Part shown: positions 9,490-17,961 of the stretch, in pieces | Numbering within the stretch: the stretch's first letter is position 1 | Layout of the letters: the number at the start of each line of letters is the position of its first letter | NCBI GenBank assembly: GCA_001785575.1 | Contig: MFUC01000006.1 | Coordinates: 1-35,163 of the forward strand | Source of the DNA: Candidatus Nomurabacteria bacterium RIFCSPHIGHO2_02_FULL_38_15 | GTDB lineage: Bacteria > Patescibacteriota > Minisyncoccia > Phycocordibacterales > UBA9973 | Reading direction: 5' to 3' | DNA: 35,163 bases | Notes under the pieces: generated by a model | The model's input: the letters and a program-made list of their open reading frames with translations, nothing else | Told to the model about the DNA's origin: nothing | The model's database searches: none | Made by a program: the position numbers and the translations under genes

Positions 9490-10650
9490 TTAAGCTTCAG
9501 TTTTTGCTTCTTCTATTTTTGCTTCAGCTTTTTTATCAGGATCTATATATACCAATGTCATACGCTGATCTTTGGGCTCAAACAATGTTACTTGAAAGCC
9601 ATAAGTTTTGCCCAAGGTTAATTTTTCGCGCAAGCGTTGCTCGCCCCCAATTGATGAATTATGAATCAATCCGGCCACGCCCTCTTTGATTGAAACTAAC
9701 GCTCCATGTTTGTTGTATTTAATAACAACACCTTGCACAACATCACCCTTCTTCAAAGAGTTTTCAAAATCACGCCATGGGTTTTCGCGCAAAGCTTTAA
9801 TTGACAGCGAAACTTTACCATCTTTAATTTCAATAATTTTAGCTTTAACCTTGTCGCCGATTTTAAATCTTGAACGTGTATCATCAACCAAGCCCCAATC
9901 AATTTCAGAAATGTGCACCAAACCCTCTAATCGGTCTTCTAGTTTTAGAAATACTCCAAAATCTACGATACCAGCAACAGATGTTTCAACCTCATCGCCA
10001 ACATTGTATTTGATTAGCATTTCGCCACGGCCTGCATCCTCGCCAGTCTTTTCAGAAAAAATTAGCTTGCCTTCTTTGGGTAATGCCGAGATCATAGTTA
10101 GATTTAGTTTTTGGCCAACTAATTTTTTTAATTCAGTATGAATTTTGTCTTTGTCTGAATCAGCCACCCGTGGATAATTTTCAGGTGATAGTTGCGAAGC
10201 CGGCAAAAAGCCCATAATACCATTCCACTCAATAATCAAACCACCTTTGTTGGCATCTTTGACGACTACTTCAATAGGAGTTTTAGCCTTAATTAGTTTA
10301 TCAGCCTCGCTCCAAATCAATGCTTGCTTGGCCTCTTTTAGTGATAGCTCAACATAGCCATTTTCGTTTTCAGTATCAACTACCTTGGCCTTGATTGAAT
10401 CGCCAACGGCTACCTTTTTAATAATGTCACGCGCGACCATAAATTCACGACCGTAAATTATACCTGTGCTTGCGGGCCCCAGGTTAACGTAAACTGCGCT
10501 TTTGGTAATTGAAATTACTGGGCCTTCAACCAATGTATCAATAGCTGGTTTGTCGCCAGTTTTTTCCAATAAACTTTTAGCCTCACTTACTTTGTGAATT
10601 ATTATATCGTCTGCACCATTTGCATTACTTGTATTATTTGTATCATTCAT
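9490..10650 (-). CDS. rpsA: 30S ribosomal protein S1 (short, about four S1 domains)
   Basis: Repeated S1/OB motifs are present: GVFLKLEDRLEGLVHISE, GALVSIKEGVAGLIH and GFLPASQLS. The start is chosen at MNDTNN (ATG 10650). The upstream in-frame extension to 10788 is Arg/Cys/Pro-rich and looks non-coding. Confidence 0.8.
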   Translation of the reverse strand: MNDTNNTSNANGADDIIIHKVSEAKSLLEKTGDKPAIDTLVEGPVISITKSAVYVNLGPASTGIIYGREFMVARDIIKKVAVGDSIKAKVVDTENENGYVELSLKEAKQALIWSEADKLIKAKTPIEVVVKDANKGGLIIEWNGIMGFLPASQLSPENYPRVADSDKDKIHTELKKLVGQKLNLTMISALPKEGKLIFSEKTGEDAGRGEMLIKYNVGDEVETSVAGIVDFGVFLKLEDRLEGLVHISEIDWGLVDDTRSRFKIGDKVKAKIIEIKDGKVSLSIKALRENPWRDFENSLKKGDVVQGVVIKYNKHGALVSIKEGVAGLIHNSSIGGEQRLREKLTLGKTYGFQVTLFEPKDQRMTLVYIDPDKKAEAKIEEAKTEA

Positions 10651-10787
10651 AAATATAAAATCCGCACTATTTGCGGAGGCCTCAAGTGTTCCTATTAATC
10701 CAAAATCTTTGAACGAGTAGGGGTTACATCTTGTGGCTCTATGTCTGGGGTATTCCCTAGACCTCCTAATAATATTTAAGTACATCA
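10651..10787 (-). promoter_or_regulatory. Structured, relatively GC-rich 5' leader of rpsA
   Basis: Read on the minus strand there are three pairings. GGAGGTC can pair with GGCCTCC about 85 nt downstream. There is an internal GTCTAGGG-AATA-CCCCAGAC hairpin. A CCGCA-AATAG-TGCGG hairpin lies just before the ATG. Confidence 0.35.
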
Positions 10788-10816
10788 ACCTTACTACAAA
10801 ACCCTAACTTTTGCAA
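10788..10816 (-). promoter_or_regulatory. Candidate rpsA promoter TTGCAA-17-TAAGGT
   Basis: The minus strand reads ttgcaaaagttagggttttgtagtaaggt. The palindromic TTGCAA could also serve the divergent gene. Confidence 0.35.
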
Positions 10817-10828
10817 CTCTACTCCCAA

Positions 10829-10837
10829 TGATATAAT
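10829..10837 (+). promoter_or_regulatory. Extended -10 TGaTATAAT, 6 nt upstream of the ATG at 10844
   Basis: caatgatataat-aaattt-ATG. Confidence 0.5.
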
Positions 10838-10843
10838 AAATTT

Positions 10844-11287
10844 ATGAAGTCTAAAATCACTTTATTTGAAGGTCAAAACATAAGGCGAGAATGGGACGGC
10901 GAAAATGAGCTTTGGTATTTTTCAGTTGTTGATATTGTAAAAGCACTAACGGAGCAGTCAGATTTCCAAACAGCTCGAAATTATTGGAAAGTCTTAAAAC
11001 ACAGGCTTATTGCCGAAGGAAGTGAACTGGTTACAAAATGTAACCAGTTGAAAATGATAGCTGATGACGGCAAAATGCGAGAAACTGATGTTCTAGATAC
11101 AGAAAATATGCTTCGCTTGGTGCAATCTATTCCAAGTCCAAAAGCTGAACCATTCAAACTTTGGCTTGCGCAAGTTGGCTATGAAAGATTAGAGGAAACG
11201 GCTGACCCAGAGCTGGCTATTAATCGAGCGCTTAAAACATATTTTGTCGCAAGGACAGTCCTTGCGAATGGTTGCATAGTTTTTTGA
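10844..11287 (+). CDS. Bro-N domain protein, C-terminally truncated paralogue (possible gene remnant)
   Basis: FEGQNIRREWDGENELWYFSVVDIVKAL...LRLVQSIPSPKAEPFKLWLAQVGYERLEETADPE is nearly identical to the 30863-31540 protein. Homology stops after RALKTYF, followed by 13 unrelated codons and TGA. Confidence 0.65.
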   Translation: MKSKITLFEGQNIRREWDGENELWYFSVVDIVKALTEQSDFQTARNYWKVLKHRLIAEGSELVTKCNQLKMIADDGKMRETDVLDTENMLRLVQSIPSPKAEPFKLWLAQVGYERLEETADPELAINRALKTYFVARTVLANGCIVF

Positions 11288-11300
11288 CTAGATATATAAT
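11272..11300 (+). promoter_or_regulatory. Promoter TTGCAT-17-TATAAT, 6 nt upstream of the ATG at 11307
   Basis: ttgcatagttttttgactagatatataat-tggact-ATG. It overlaps the stop codon of the truncated Bro-N gene. Confidence 0.55.
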
Positions 11301-11306
11301 TGGACT

Positions 11307-11687
11307 ATGAAAAAGAAAGCCACTACAATTGAAGATTTGGCAGTTCTAATCACTAAAAATAGTGATAGTTTAGAAAAACGTTTAGGTGATCGTATTGCAA
11401 AAAGTTCTGATGCTCTAGAAAAACGTTTAGGTGATCGTATTGCAAAAAGTTCTGACTTTTTAGACAAGCGCATTGATGATTTGGCGCTAATGACAGCCAG
11501 GGGGTTTACTAGTGTTGATGAGAGATTTGAAAAAGTAGAAACTCGCCTAGACTCTTTAAACGAGAATATTAAATCCACTCGTCGTGATGTATTGGCAATA
11601 GGCGATAGATATGTACCACGTTATGAATTTGACAGTCTTTTGATACGCTTTAATAGCCTAGAGGAAAAGTTAAGACCTAAAAGATAG
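11307..11687 (+). CDS. Coiled-coil repeat protein, 126 aa, unknown function
   Basis: Heptad-like LEKRLGDRIAKSSDA repeats are followed by ERFEKVETRLDSLNENIK. It contains the 45-bp tandem duplication. Confidence 0.6.
   Translation: MKKKATTIEDLAVLITKNSDSLEKRLGDRIAKSSDALEKRLGDRIAKSSDFLDKRIDDLALMTARGFTSVDERFEKVETRLDSLNENIKSTRRDVLAIGDRYVPRYEFDSLLIRFNSLEEKLRPKR
11371..11460 (+). repeat. 45-bp in-frame tandem duplication (two copies plus a degenerate third)
   Basis: The 40-nt string tagaaaaacgtttaggtgatcgtattgcaaaaagttctga occurs identically at 11371-11410 and 11416-11455. The next period (11461 onward) matches partially (tagacaagcg...). Confidence 0.9.
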
Positions 11688-11688
11688 T

Positions 11689-12093
11689 ATGAAAATGTTT
11701 AATTTGTTTAAAAAGAAAAAGGACTCAGTTTTTTCTTGGTTAAAAAGAATAAACAAAGCGGAGCAACCGCAAGCAGAAATAAATTCCTTTCATTTTGGAA
11801 TCCTTGAATTTGAAGACACTGGGTATTCTTTATATCTTACTGGTTCATCAAAATATGGTAAAGATGAAGAATGGTATTGTTTTTCAGACTTCACTCCAAA
11901 GGAAAAATATTTTAATTTAAAGGAGCAGTTTGAAAAAGTATATTCAAGCGAAGAATGGAAAGACGTTTTATATAATACAGAATTTCTTATAAGGGAGTTT
12001 GTTGCTTCACCTGAATTTAAGAAACATTTTATTTCCAAAGCAGAAGCAATAACTTTGGCTTTTGATGACGGTGATTTGGTAAGAATAATTTAG
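11689..12093 (+). CDS. Hypothetical small acidic protein, 134 aa
   Basis: The ATG lies 1 nt after the upstream stop, so it is translationally coupled. No motif recognised. Confidence 0.55.
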   Translation: MKMFNLFKKKKDSVFSWLKRINKAEQPQAEINSFHFGILEFEDTGYSLYLTGSSKYGKDEEWYCFSDFTPKEKYFNLKEQFEKVYSSEEWKDVLYNTEFLIREFVASPEFKKHFISKAEAITLAFDDGDLVRII

Positions 12094-12099
12094 GGCTGT

Positions 12100-12124
12100 T
12101 TGCGCTAGGTCTTGCCTAGCGCAA
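12100..12124 (+). terminator. 10-bp hairpin after the cassette (no U-tract)
   Basis: ttgcgctagg-tcttg-cctagcgcaa. No T-run follows, so terminator function is uncertain. Confidence 0.4.
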
Positions 12125-12175
12125 CTATACAAGTGAATTTTTAGGCCTAAATGGGTTTTATTGTTCACTCATATA

Positions 12176-12184
12176 TGCTATAAT
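12176..12184 (+). promoter_or_regulatory. Extended -10 TGcTATAAT, 6 nt upstream of the ATG at 12191
   Basis: atatgctataat-ggttgt-ATG. Confidence 0.5.
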
Positions 12185-12190
12185 GGTTGT

Positions 12191-12847
12191 ATGATAATTT
12201 CTTATTTGGGCAAGGAGTGTTTTAAAATAACCCAGGGGGATTTTACCTGCGTTTTAAACCCACCTAACAAGGACTCGGCGTGGTCAAAGGGCATGTCGCG
12301 CTTTGGGGCGAATGTGGCTATTTCCACCACATTGACTGATGACTTTTCAGGCACAGATTTATTTTCGTATGGCGAAACAGTGCCTTTTGAAATTCGCGGG
12401 GCAGGAAGGTACGAAATTGACGGCATTGAGGTTACGGGTGCGGGTTTTTATATTGACAGGGCAGTTGGCAATGGCAAGGGGACTGAAAAAATCTTGAACA
12501 CAGTTTATAGCATAACAATAGACGACATTGACATTGCCTTTTTGGGGCCAATTAATACAGCTGAAATTACCGGTGAGGCACGTGAAGTTTTGGGTAGTCC
12601 ACATATTTTATTTGTACCAATTGGCGGGGCCGATGTGATTGACCCAAAACAAGCGGCTAAAATTGCCGTGATGCTAGACGCCCACATTACCATACCCATG
12701 GATTATGGTAGTGACCAAAATCCTGACGCCTTGAAAATGTTTTTGAAGGAAATGGGCGCCGAGGGTGTAAAACCCGAGGACAAGCTAACCCTAAAACGTC
12801 GCGACATTGAATCAAAAGAAGGCGAAGTTATGGTTTTGAGCTGTTAA
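12191..12847 (+). CDS. MBL-fold (UPF0173-like) protein with a degenerate metal-binding motif
   Basis: MIISYLGKECFKI...NPP..., FVPIGGADVIDPKQAAKIA and ITIPMDYG follow the layout of the small MBL-fold hydrolase family. Where that family has THxHxDH, this protein reads STTLTDDF. Confidence 0.55.
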   Translation: MIISYLGKECFKITQGDFTCVLNPPNKDSAWSKGMSRFGANVAISTTLTDDFSGTDLFSYGETVPFEIRGAGRYEIDGIEVTGAGFYIDRAVGNGKGTEKILNTVYSITIDDIDIAFLGPINTAEITGEAREVLGSPHILFVPIGGADVIDPKQAAKIAVMLDAHITIPMDYGSDQNPDALKMFLKEMGAEGVKPEDKLTLKRRDIESKEGEVMVLSC

Positions 12848-12877
12848 ATTTTTTATGTAAATATTATAAAAGATATT

Positions 12878-13156
12878 ATGGACGATCAAAATAATCACAC
12901 TAATAACAAGCAGGCAAATAATACCAAAGATTTGCAACACAAAATCAAGGCGGGTTTTTATACAGCTATAATTTTTGCTATAATCGTTGTAATTTGGGTT
13001 TATACTAACCCAATGTTTAATAAAAAAAGCTTAACAAACGGTAGTGCAGGTAATATAATAACCCCTGATATTGTGGGGCAAGTGCAGTCAATTGGGCAAA
13101 GCTTCAGCACAATGTGGGCCGACATGGTTAATGGTGTTAGGAATCTAAAAAAATAA
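12878..13156 (+). CDS. Small single-TM protein, 92 aa
   Basis: A polar N-terminus is followed by one hydrophobic helix ([17 protein letters not shown]). No motif recognised. Confidence 0.45.
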   Translation: MDDQNNHTNNKQANNTKDLQHKIKAGFYTAIIFAIIVVIWVYTNPMFNKKSLTNGSAGNIITPDIVGQVQSIGQSFSTMWADMVNGVRNLKK

Positions 13157-13175
13157 AACTAAACTAAAAACAGCT

Positions 13176-15695
13176 ATGCCAAAAGAAAAAGCTTCAAAAC
13201 TAAATGATGATTTTGACCCAAACGCAAACAACGGTGGGGTTAATAATACTGGCATAAATGTAGCGGGCTTTAAAAGTATTTTGCCTGTGTCTATCGTGGA
13301 CGAAATGAAAAGCTCATATTTGGACTATGCCATGAGCGTGATTACGTCGCGAGCCTTGCCCGATGTTAGGGACGGCTTGAAGCCCGTACACCGCCGGATA
13401 CTTTTTTCAATGTATGAAAATGGCCTAACCGCCAGTGCCAAGTTTAAAAAATCAGCTTTTATTGTGGGTGATGTATTGGGTAAATACCACCCGCATGGTG
13501 ATGCGTCAGTGTATGATGCCATGGTTAATTTGGCTCAACCTTTTTCAACTCGCTACCCATTGGTTTTTGGGCAGGGTAACTTTGGTTCAATTGATGGTGA
13601 CAGTCAGGCCGCCATGCGTTATACCGAGGCCCGCATGTCTAAAATCGCCATGGAAATGATGCGCGACATTAACAAGGAAACTGTCAGTTTTTCACCTAAC
13701 TATGACGGCACCCGCAAGGAACCAACGGTTATGCCTACTGTTGTGCCACAGCTATTATTGAACGGTACATTGGGTATTGCCGTTGGTATGGCTACAAATA
13801 TGGCACCGCATAATTTGCGCGAAGTTGTTGATGCAACCGTGCATATGATTGATAATCCAAATGCCACAACCGAGGACTTGATGGACTATATACAAGGCCC
13901 CGATTTCCCAATAGGTGGTATTGCTTATGGCAAGGCCGACATTTTGCGAGCCTATTCATCGGGCCGGGGCGGGGTAGTTACACGAGGCGAGGCTGAAATT
14001 GTTGAAACAAAAAGCGGGCAATTTAATATTATTATTTCATCGATCCCATACAGGGTAGTTAAACAAAATTTAGTCACAGCTATTGCCGAGTTGGTACATG
14101 AAAAAAAGCTGGAGGGTATCAAAGACATGCGCGACGAATCAACCGATGAAATTCGCGTTGTCATAGAATTAAAAAACGGTGTGGCCCCTGAAAGAGTTTT
14201 AAATTATTTATATAAACACACACAATTGGAACAAGCCTTTCATTTTAACATGGTGGCATTAGTTGATGGCGTACCCCAAACATTGTCATTGTCATCATTA
14301 ATTAGTAATTTTATATTGCACCGCGAAACGGTTGTGCGCTTGCGTACTGAATATGACTTGAAAAAGGCCAAAGAGCGCGAGCACATATTACTGGGCTTGA
14401 AAAAGGCACTTGACCACATTGATCAAGTTATAAAAATTATTCGCGAATCCAAAGACGCGAGTGTGGCCAAAGTTAATTTGATGAAGGAATTCAAATTCTC
14501 GGAACTGCAAACAATGGCAATATTGGAAATGCGTTTGCAAAAACTGGCTGGCCTTGAGCGCAAAGCCGTTGAGTTGGAGTTGAAGGAAATACAGGTGTTA
14601 ATTGGCGAGTTGGAAGCAATTTTGGCTTCACGCCCTAAAATGCTTAAAATTATCAAGGACGAATTGTTGGAAGTGCGTGAAAAATACGGTGACGACCGCC
14701 GAACTAAAATTGTCAAAGGTGGGGTTAAATCTATTAATGACGAGGACTTGATCCCCAACAAAGAAACAGTTTTGGTTTATACAAAAGGTGGCTATATCAA
14801 ACGTACCGATCCTGATGAGTACCGCGCCCAAAAACGTGGCGGTGTGGGGGTAATTGATATTGAAACCAAGGACGAGGATTTCGTAACGATGTTGATTTCA
14901 GCCAATACGCATGCTGACTTGCTATTTTTTACCAATTTAGGCAAAGCTTACCAAATAAAAATGTACGATATCCCCGAGGGTAAAAAGGCGACCAAGGGCA
15001 AATCGATTATGAACTTTTTGTCTATTACCCAAAACGAATTTATTACATCTATTTTGCCAATCTCCAAGGAAAATAAAGACAGCGTAAAAGCTTTGGTTTT
15101 GGTCACGAAAAATGGTGATGCCAAGAAAGTCTCGGCTAGTAGTTTTAAAGATGTGCGTCGCAGTGGCATAATTTCTATCAAATTAGGCGCTGGCGACGAA
15201 CTGGTTTCAGTGCTACCTGTAACTGACTCTGACGAAGTCGTGATTGTTTCAACCGAGGGTCAATCAATTAGGTTCAAAGAATCAGACATTCGCGAAATGG
15301 GTCGTTCGGCCGGTGGGGTGCGTGCTATGAAGCTTGATAAAACTGATTTTATTGTAGGTGTAGATGTTATTAAAAAGAATGGCGACAACAAAAGTGCCGG
15401 TAAGCTCTTAACTATGAGCGCGCATGGTTTGGGCAAACAAACAAATTTAAACGAATATAAAGTTCAAAAGCGTGGTGGTAGTGGTATTAAAACTGCCAAG
15501 GTCACTGAAAAAACTGGTAATTTAATTATTGCCAAAGTCATAAATGATCAAGAGGAATTAATTGCCGTTTCGCAAAAAGGCCAAATAATTCGTACCAGCA
15601 TACAATCAGTGCCAACACTGGGCCGTGACACCCAAGGTGTTACCGTCATGAAGCTTCGCCCCGGCGACAGTATTGCCTCGTTTACGTGTTTGTAG
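13176..15695 (+). CDS. gyrA: DNA gyrase subunit A
   Basis: [19 protein letters not shown] and [10 protein letters not shown] (active-site Tyr) motifs, plus C-terminal beta-pinwheel repeats with a QKRGGVG GyrA-box-like motif. Confidence 0.95.
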   Translation: MPKEKASKLNDDFDPNANNGGVNNTGINVAGFKSILPVSIVDEMKSSYLDYAMSVITSRALPDVRDGLKPVHRRILFSMYENGLTASAKFKKSAFIVGDVLGKYHPHGDASVYDAMVNLAQPFSTRYPLVFGQGNFGSIDGDSQAAMRYTEARMSKIAMEMMRDINKETVSFSPNYDGTRKEPTVMPTVVPQLLLNGTLGIAVGMATNMAPHNLREVVDATVHMIDNPNATTEDLMDYIQGPDFPIGGIAYGKADILRAYSSGRGGVVTRGEAEIVETKSGQFNIIISSIPYRVVKQNLVTAIAELVHEKKLEGIKDMRDESTDEIRVVIELKNGVAPERVLNYLYKHTQLEQAFHFNMVALVDGVPQTLSLSSLISNFILHRETVVRLRTEYDLKKAKEREHILLGLKKALDHIDQVIKIIRESKDASVAKVNLMKEFKFSELQTMAILEMRLQKLAGLERKAVELELKEIQVLIGELEAILASRPKMLKIIKDELLEVREKYGDDRRTKIVKGGVKSINDEDLIPNKETVLVYTKGGYIKRTDPDEYRAQKRGGVGVIDIETKDEDFVTMLISANTHADLLFFTNLGKAYQIKMYDIPEGKKATKGKSIMNFLSITQNEFITSILPISKENKDSVKALVLVTKNGDAKKVSASSFKDVRRSGIISIKLGAGDELVSVLPVTDSDEVVIVSTEGQSIRFKESDIREMGRSAGGVRAMKLDKTDFIVGVDVIKKNGDNKSAGKLLTMSAHGLGKQTNLNEYKVQKRGGSGIKTAKVTEKTGNLIIAKVINDQEELIAVSQKGQIIRTSIQSVPTLGRDTQGVTVMKLRPGDSIASFTCL

Positions 15696-15722
15696 AAAGG
15701 GGTGGGTAATTCGTGTCGTGTT

Positions 15723-15731
15723 TGATATACT
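15723..15731 (+). promoter_or_regulatory. Extended -10 TGaTATACT, 6 nt upstream of the ATG at 15738
   Basis: gtttgatatact-atgtac-ATG. Confidence 0.4.
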
Positions 15732-15737
15732 ATGTAC

Positions 15738-16250
15738 ATGATCGATGCGCCGCATAAAATTTTGGCACAGTTAGTTATACACCCCGGGGCGTGTGTAATT
15801 GATTTTGGGGCGGGCTTTGGTACGTATTCATTACTACTTTCAGATATGGTTGGCCCCAAGGGTAGCGTTTTTGCCGTTGATGTACAAAGCCATTTAATTG
15901 ACCAAATAAAAAAGAGTGCGAATGATAAGGGTAAAAAAAATGTGTACCCCATGCATGCCGATGTTGAAAAATTAGGTGGCGTGCCATTAAATTCGGACGT
16001 AGCCGACTATATTTTTATTGTAAATGTTTTAAACGAAGTAGATGACAAAAGGATTGTTTTTGAAGAGGCTAAAAGGTTGTTAAAAAACTCGGGCCACCTA
16101 GTCGTTGTTGAGCATGCCAATACGCCCTTGCCAGGCATAAAAGAGTTTAAACTAAACGAATGTGAGGCGGTGGCCAAAAATATTGGCTTTAATAAAATTG
16201 AAAAAGTTGATGCGGGCGAATTTGCTTATGGTATAATATATCAAGCATAA
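15738..16250 (+). CDS. Class I SAM-dependent methyltransferase
   Basis: SAM-binding motif I is VIDFGAGFGTYS, followed by acidic post-I residues (VFAVDV). The start could instead be the ATG at 15732. Confidence 0.7.
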   Translation: MIDAPHKILAQLVIHPGACVIDFGAGFGTYSLLLSDMVGPKGSVFAVDVQSHLIDQIKKSANDKGKKNVYPMHADVEKLGGVPLNSDVADYIFIVNVLNEVDDKRIVFEEAKRLLKNSGHLVVVEHANTPLPGIKEFKLNECEAVAKNIGFNKIEKVDAGEFAYGIIYQA

Positions 16251-16253
16251 TAT

Positions 16254-17576
16254 ATGAAAGACGGACAAAGTAAAAAAAGATTTGCCATAATACTAGCCTT
16301 TGTGGGGGCGGGAGTTTTTATTTTAGGTGTCTTGTTCTTTTCGGGCAAATTGGGTGGCAACAATAGTAATACGGCCACAGCCCCTGAGGGTACAATTGTA
16401 GTATGGGGTACATTGCCTGATGAGGCTTTTAATAATGCCGTGCAAGTTATAACCAACAAGCAAAGCAAAATCGCAGTTTTGTATACGCAAGTTAAACCAG
16501 ATGAATTAAAATCTAAATTAGTTGAGGCAATTGCCTCGGATGTCAGCCCCGACATGATTGTGTCCGACACTGCAACTTTTTATAGTATCAAGCAATACAC
16601 CCAAGCCTTGCCCTATACGACCTACCCCGAGGCTGGCTTTAGGCAAAGCTTTTCAAATGCAACACATGACATGGTTGCACCCGAGGGTATTTTAGCTATA
16701 CCAATTGGTATTGATCCAATGATGATGTTTTATAACCGCGAAATCTTGGCGGCCGCCGGTTATGCCAACCCGCCAACTACTTGGGCCAACGTATACAGTA
16801 TGGCACCTGATATTATAAAAATTGAAAAAGGCCAACTAATTCGCCAGGAATTGTTGCCTTTTGGGCAGTATAAAAATGTTGATAATGCATGGGCCATACT
16901 TTCAACACTGTTTGCCCAATCACGCGTGCCAATTGCTAAAACTGACCCTACAATGGGTAAGGCCGTGAATATGGCTACATCTGACGTTGGTGAACTGTCC
17001 AATGCCGGGCAAAAAGTTTTAGAATTTTACACCCAATTCTCTGACCCCAAGAGCGAATTTTACACTTGGAACCGGTCAATGTTGGATTCAAAAAAAGAAT
17101 TTTTAGAGGGTCGGTTGGCTTTTTTACCAAACTTTGCCTCATTGACCAAAGACATTCGTGACCGCAACCCAAATTTGAATTTTGCCGTGGCCAGCATGCC
17201 CCAGTTAAATACTGACCCTAAATATCAGGCCACATTTGGTAATGTATATGTGGCTAGTGTTTTAAAAAAGACCACGAACCCCAATGCCGCCTATGCAATT
17301 TGGTTTGAAATGGCCGGGGCCGACTTTCAAAAGGCTTTTGCCCAAAGCCTAATGATGGCTCCGGCCCTAAACACACTACTAATGTTGCCACCTGAAACAA
17401 CCTATTTGCCGGTTGTGTATAAAAGCGCCCTGATTGCTAAAACTTGGTATAATGATGACATGCTTAAAACTAACCAAGCCTTTAATCAAATGATTGAAGG
17501 GGTCATTTCAGGCAAGCAAACACCCCAAGAGGCAATTTATCAGGCCGAAAGGATTTTAAGCGGCGATAACTTCTAA
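16254..17576 (+). CDS. Membrane-anchored extracellular solute-binding protein (family 1, sugar-type), orphan
   Basis: It has an N-terminal TM (FAIILAFVGAGVFILGVLFF). IVVWG..., MMFYNREILAAAGYANPPTTW and LAFLPNF follow the MalE-like SBP pattern. No permease or ATPase gene is adjacent. Confidence 0.65.
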   Translation: MKDGQSKKRFAIILAFVGAGVFILGVLFFSGKLGGNNSNTATAPEGTIVVWGTLPDEAFNNAVQVITNKQSKIAVLYTQVKPDELKSKLVEAIASDVSPDMIVSDTATFYSIKQYTQALPYTTYPEAGFRQSFSNATHDMVAPEGILAIPIGIDPMMMFYNREILAAAGYANPPTTWANVYSMAPDIIKIEKGQLIRQELLPFGQYKNVDNAWAILSTLFAQSRVPIAKTDPTMGKAVNMATSDVGELSNAGQKVLEFYTQFSDPKSEFYTWNRSMLDSKKEFLEGRLAFLPNFASLTKDIRDRNPNLNFAVASMPQLNTDPKYQATFGNVYVASVLKKTTNPNAAYAIWFEMAGADFQKAFAQSLMMAPALNTLLMLPPETTYLPVVYKSALIAKTWYNDDMLKTNQAFNQMIEGVISGKQTPQEAIYQAERILSGDNF

Positions 17577-17960
17577 ATGATCAAAAGAATTAAAAACAAA
17601 ATACTTTTTTTGCTAGCTTTAGGTAGTATATTTATTGGTGGGGGTGTCAGTGCCGCAGGACTTGTGCCATGCGAGGGAATTGACGATTGCAACTTTGACA
17701 CATTGATTTTGCTTTTAAACAATATTGCCAGTTTTATATTCTTTCGTTTACCTATTATATTATTGGTCGTGTTTTTTGCCTGGAACGGTATTAATTTAAT
17801 AATTTACCGCGACCGCCCAGCCTTTATGAAGCTTTTTAAAAAAAATATTTGGAATGTTTTGCTGGGTTACCTGCTGGTCGTGGGGGCATATTTGCTGGTT
17901 AAAACATTTATTACCATTATTGCTGGTCAAGACTTAACATTTAAGGTATTCTTTAATTAG
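17577..17960 (+). CDS. VirB2/TrbC-like T4SS pilin family protein (CPR-type), paralogue 1
   Basis: The ATG directly abuts the SBP stop (TAAATG). A signal peptide is followed by AGLVPCEGIDDCNFDTLILLLNNI and then two TM helices separated by a basic loop. Confidence 0.6.
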   Translation: MIKRIKNKILFLLALGSIFIGGGVSAAGLVPCEGIDDCNFDTLILLLNNIASFIFFRLPIILLVVFFAWNGINLIIYRDRPAFMKLFKKNIWNVLLGYLLVVGAYLLVKTFITIIAGQDLTFKVFFN

Positions 17961-17961
17961 T

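Noticed and set aside
9686-10141. 151-aa plus-strand ORF inside rpsA.
   Set aside because: It is antisense to clear S1-domain coding sequence and has no promoter or motif.
11285-11287. Possible UGA recoding (code 4/25) that would extend the truncated Bro-N gene.
   Set aside because: Reading through the TGA reaches a TAA three codons later. Long housekeeping ORFs are intact under the standard code, and TGA also terminates the 29864 gene at a terminator.
11371-11460. Possible CRISPR array.
   Set aside because: There are only two to three directly abutting 45-bp copies without spacers, in frame inside a CDS.
11288-11578. 96-aa minus-strand ORF containing the tandem repeat.
   Set aside because: It is the mirror of the + strand coiled-coil gene. 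The + gene has the promoter, coupling to the next gene and a heptad-like sequence.
15548-15952. 134-aa minus-strand ORF spanning the gyrA 3' end and the methyltransferase 5' end.
   Set aside because: It crosses two well-supported + genes and their intergenic promoter, and has no motifs.
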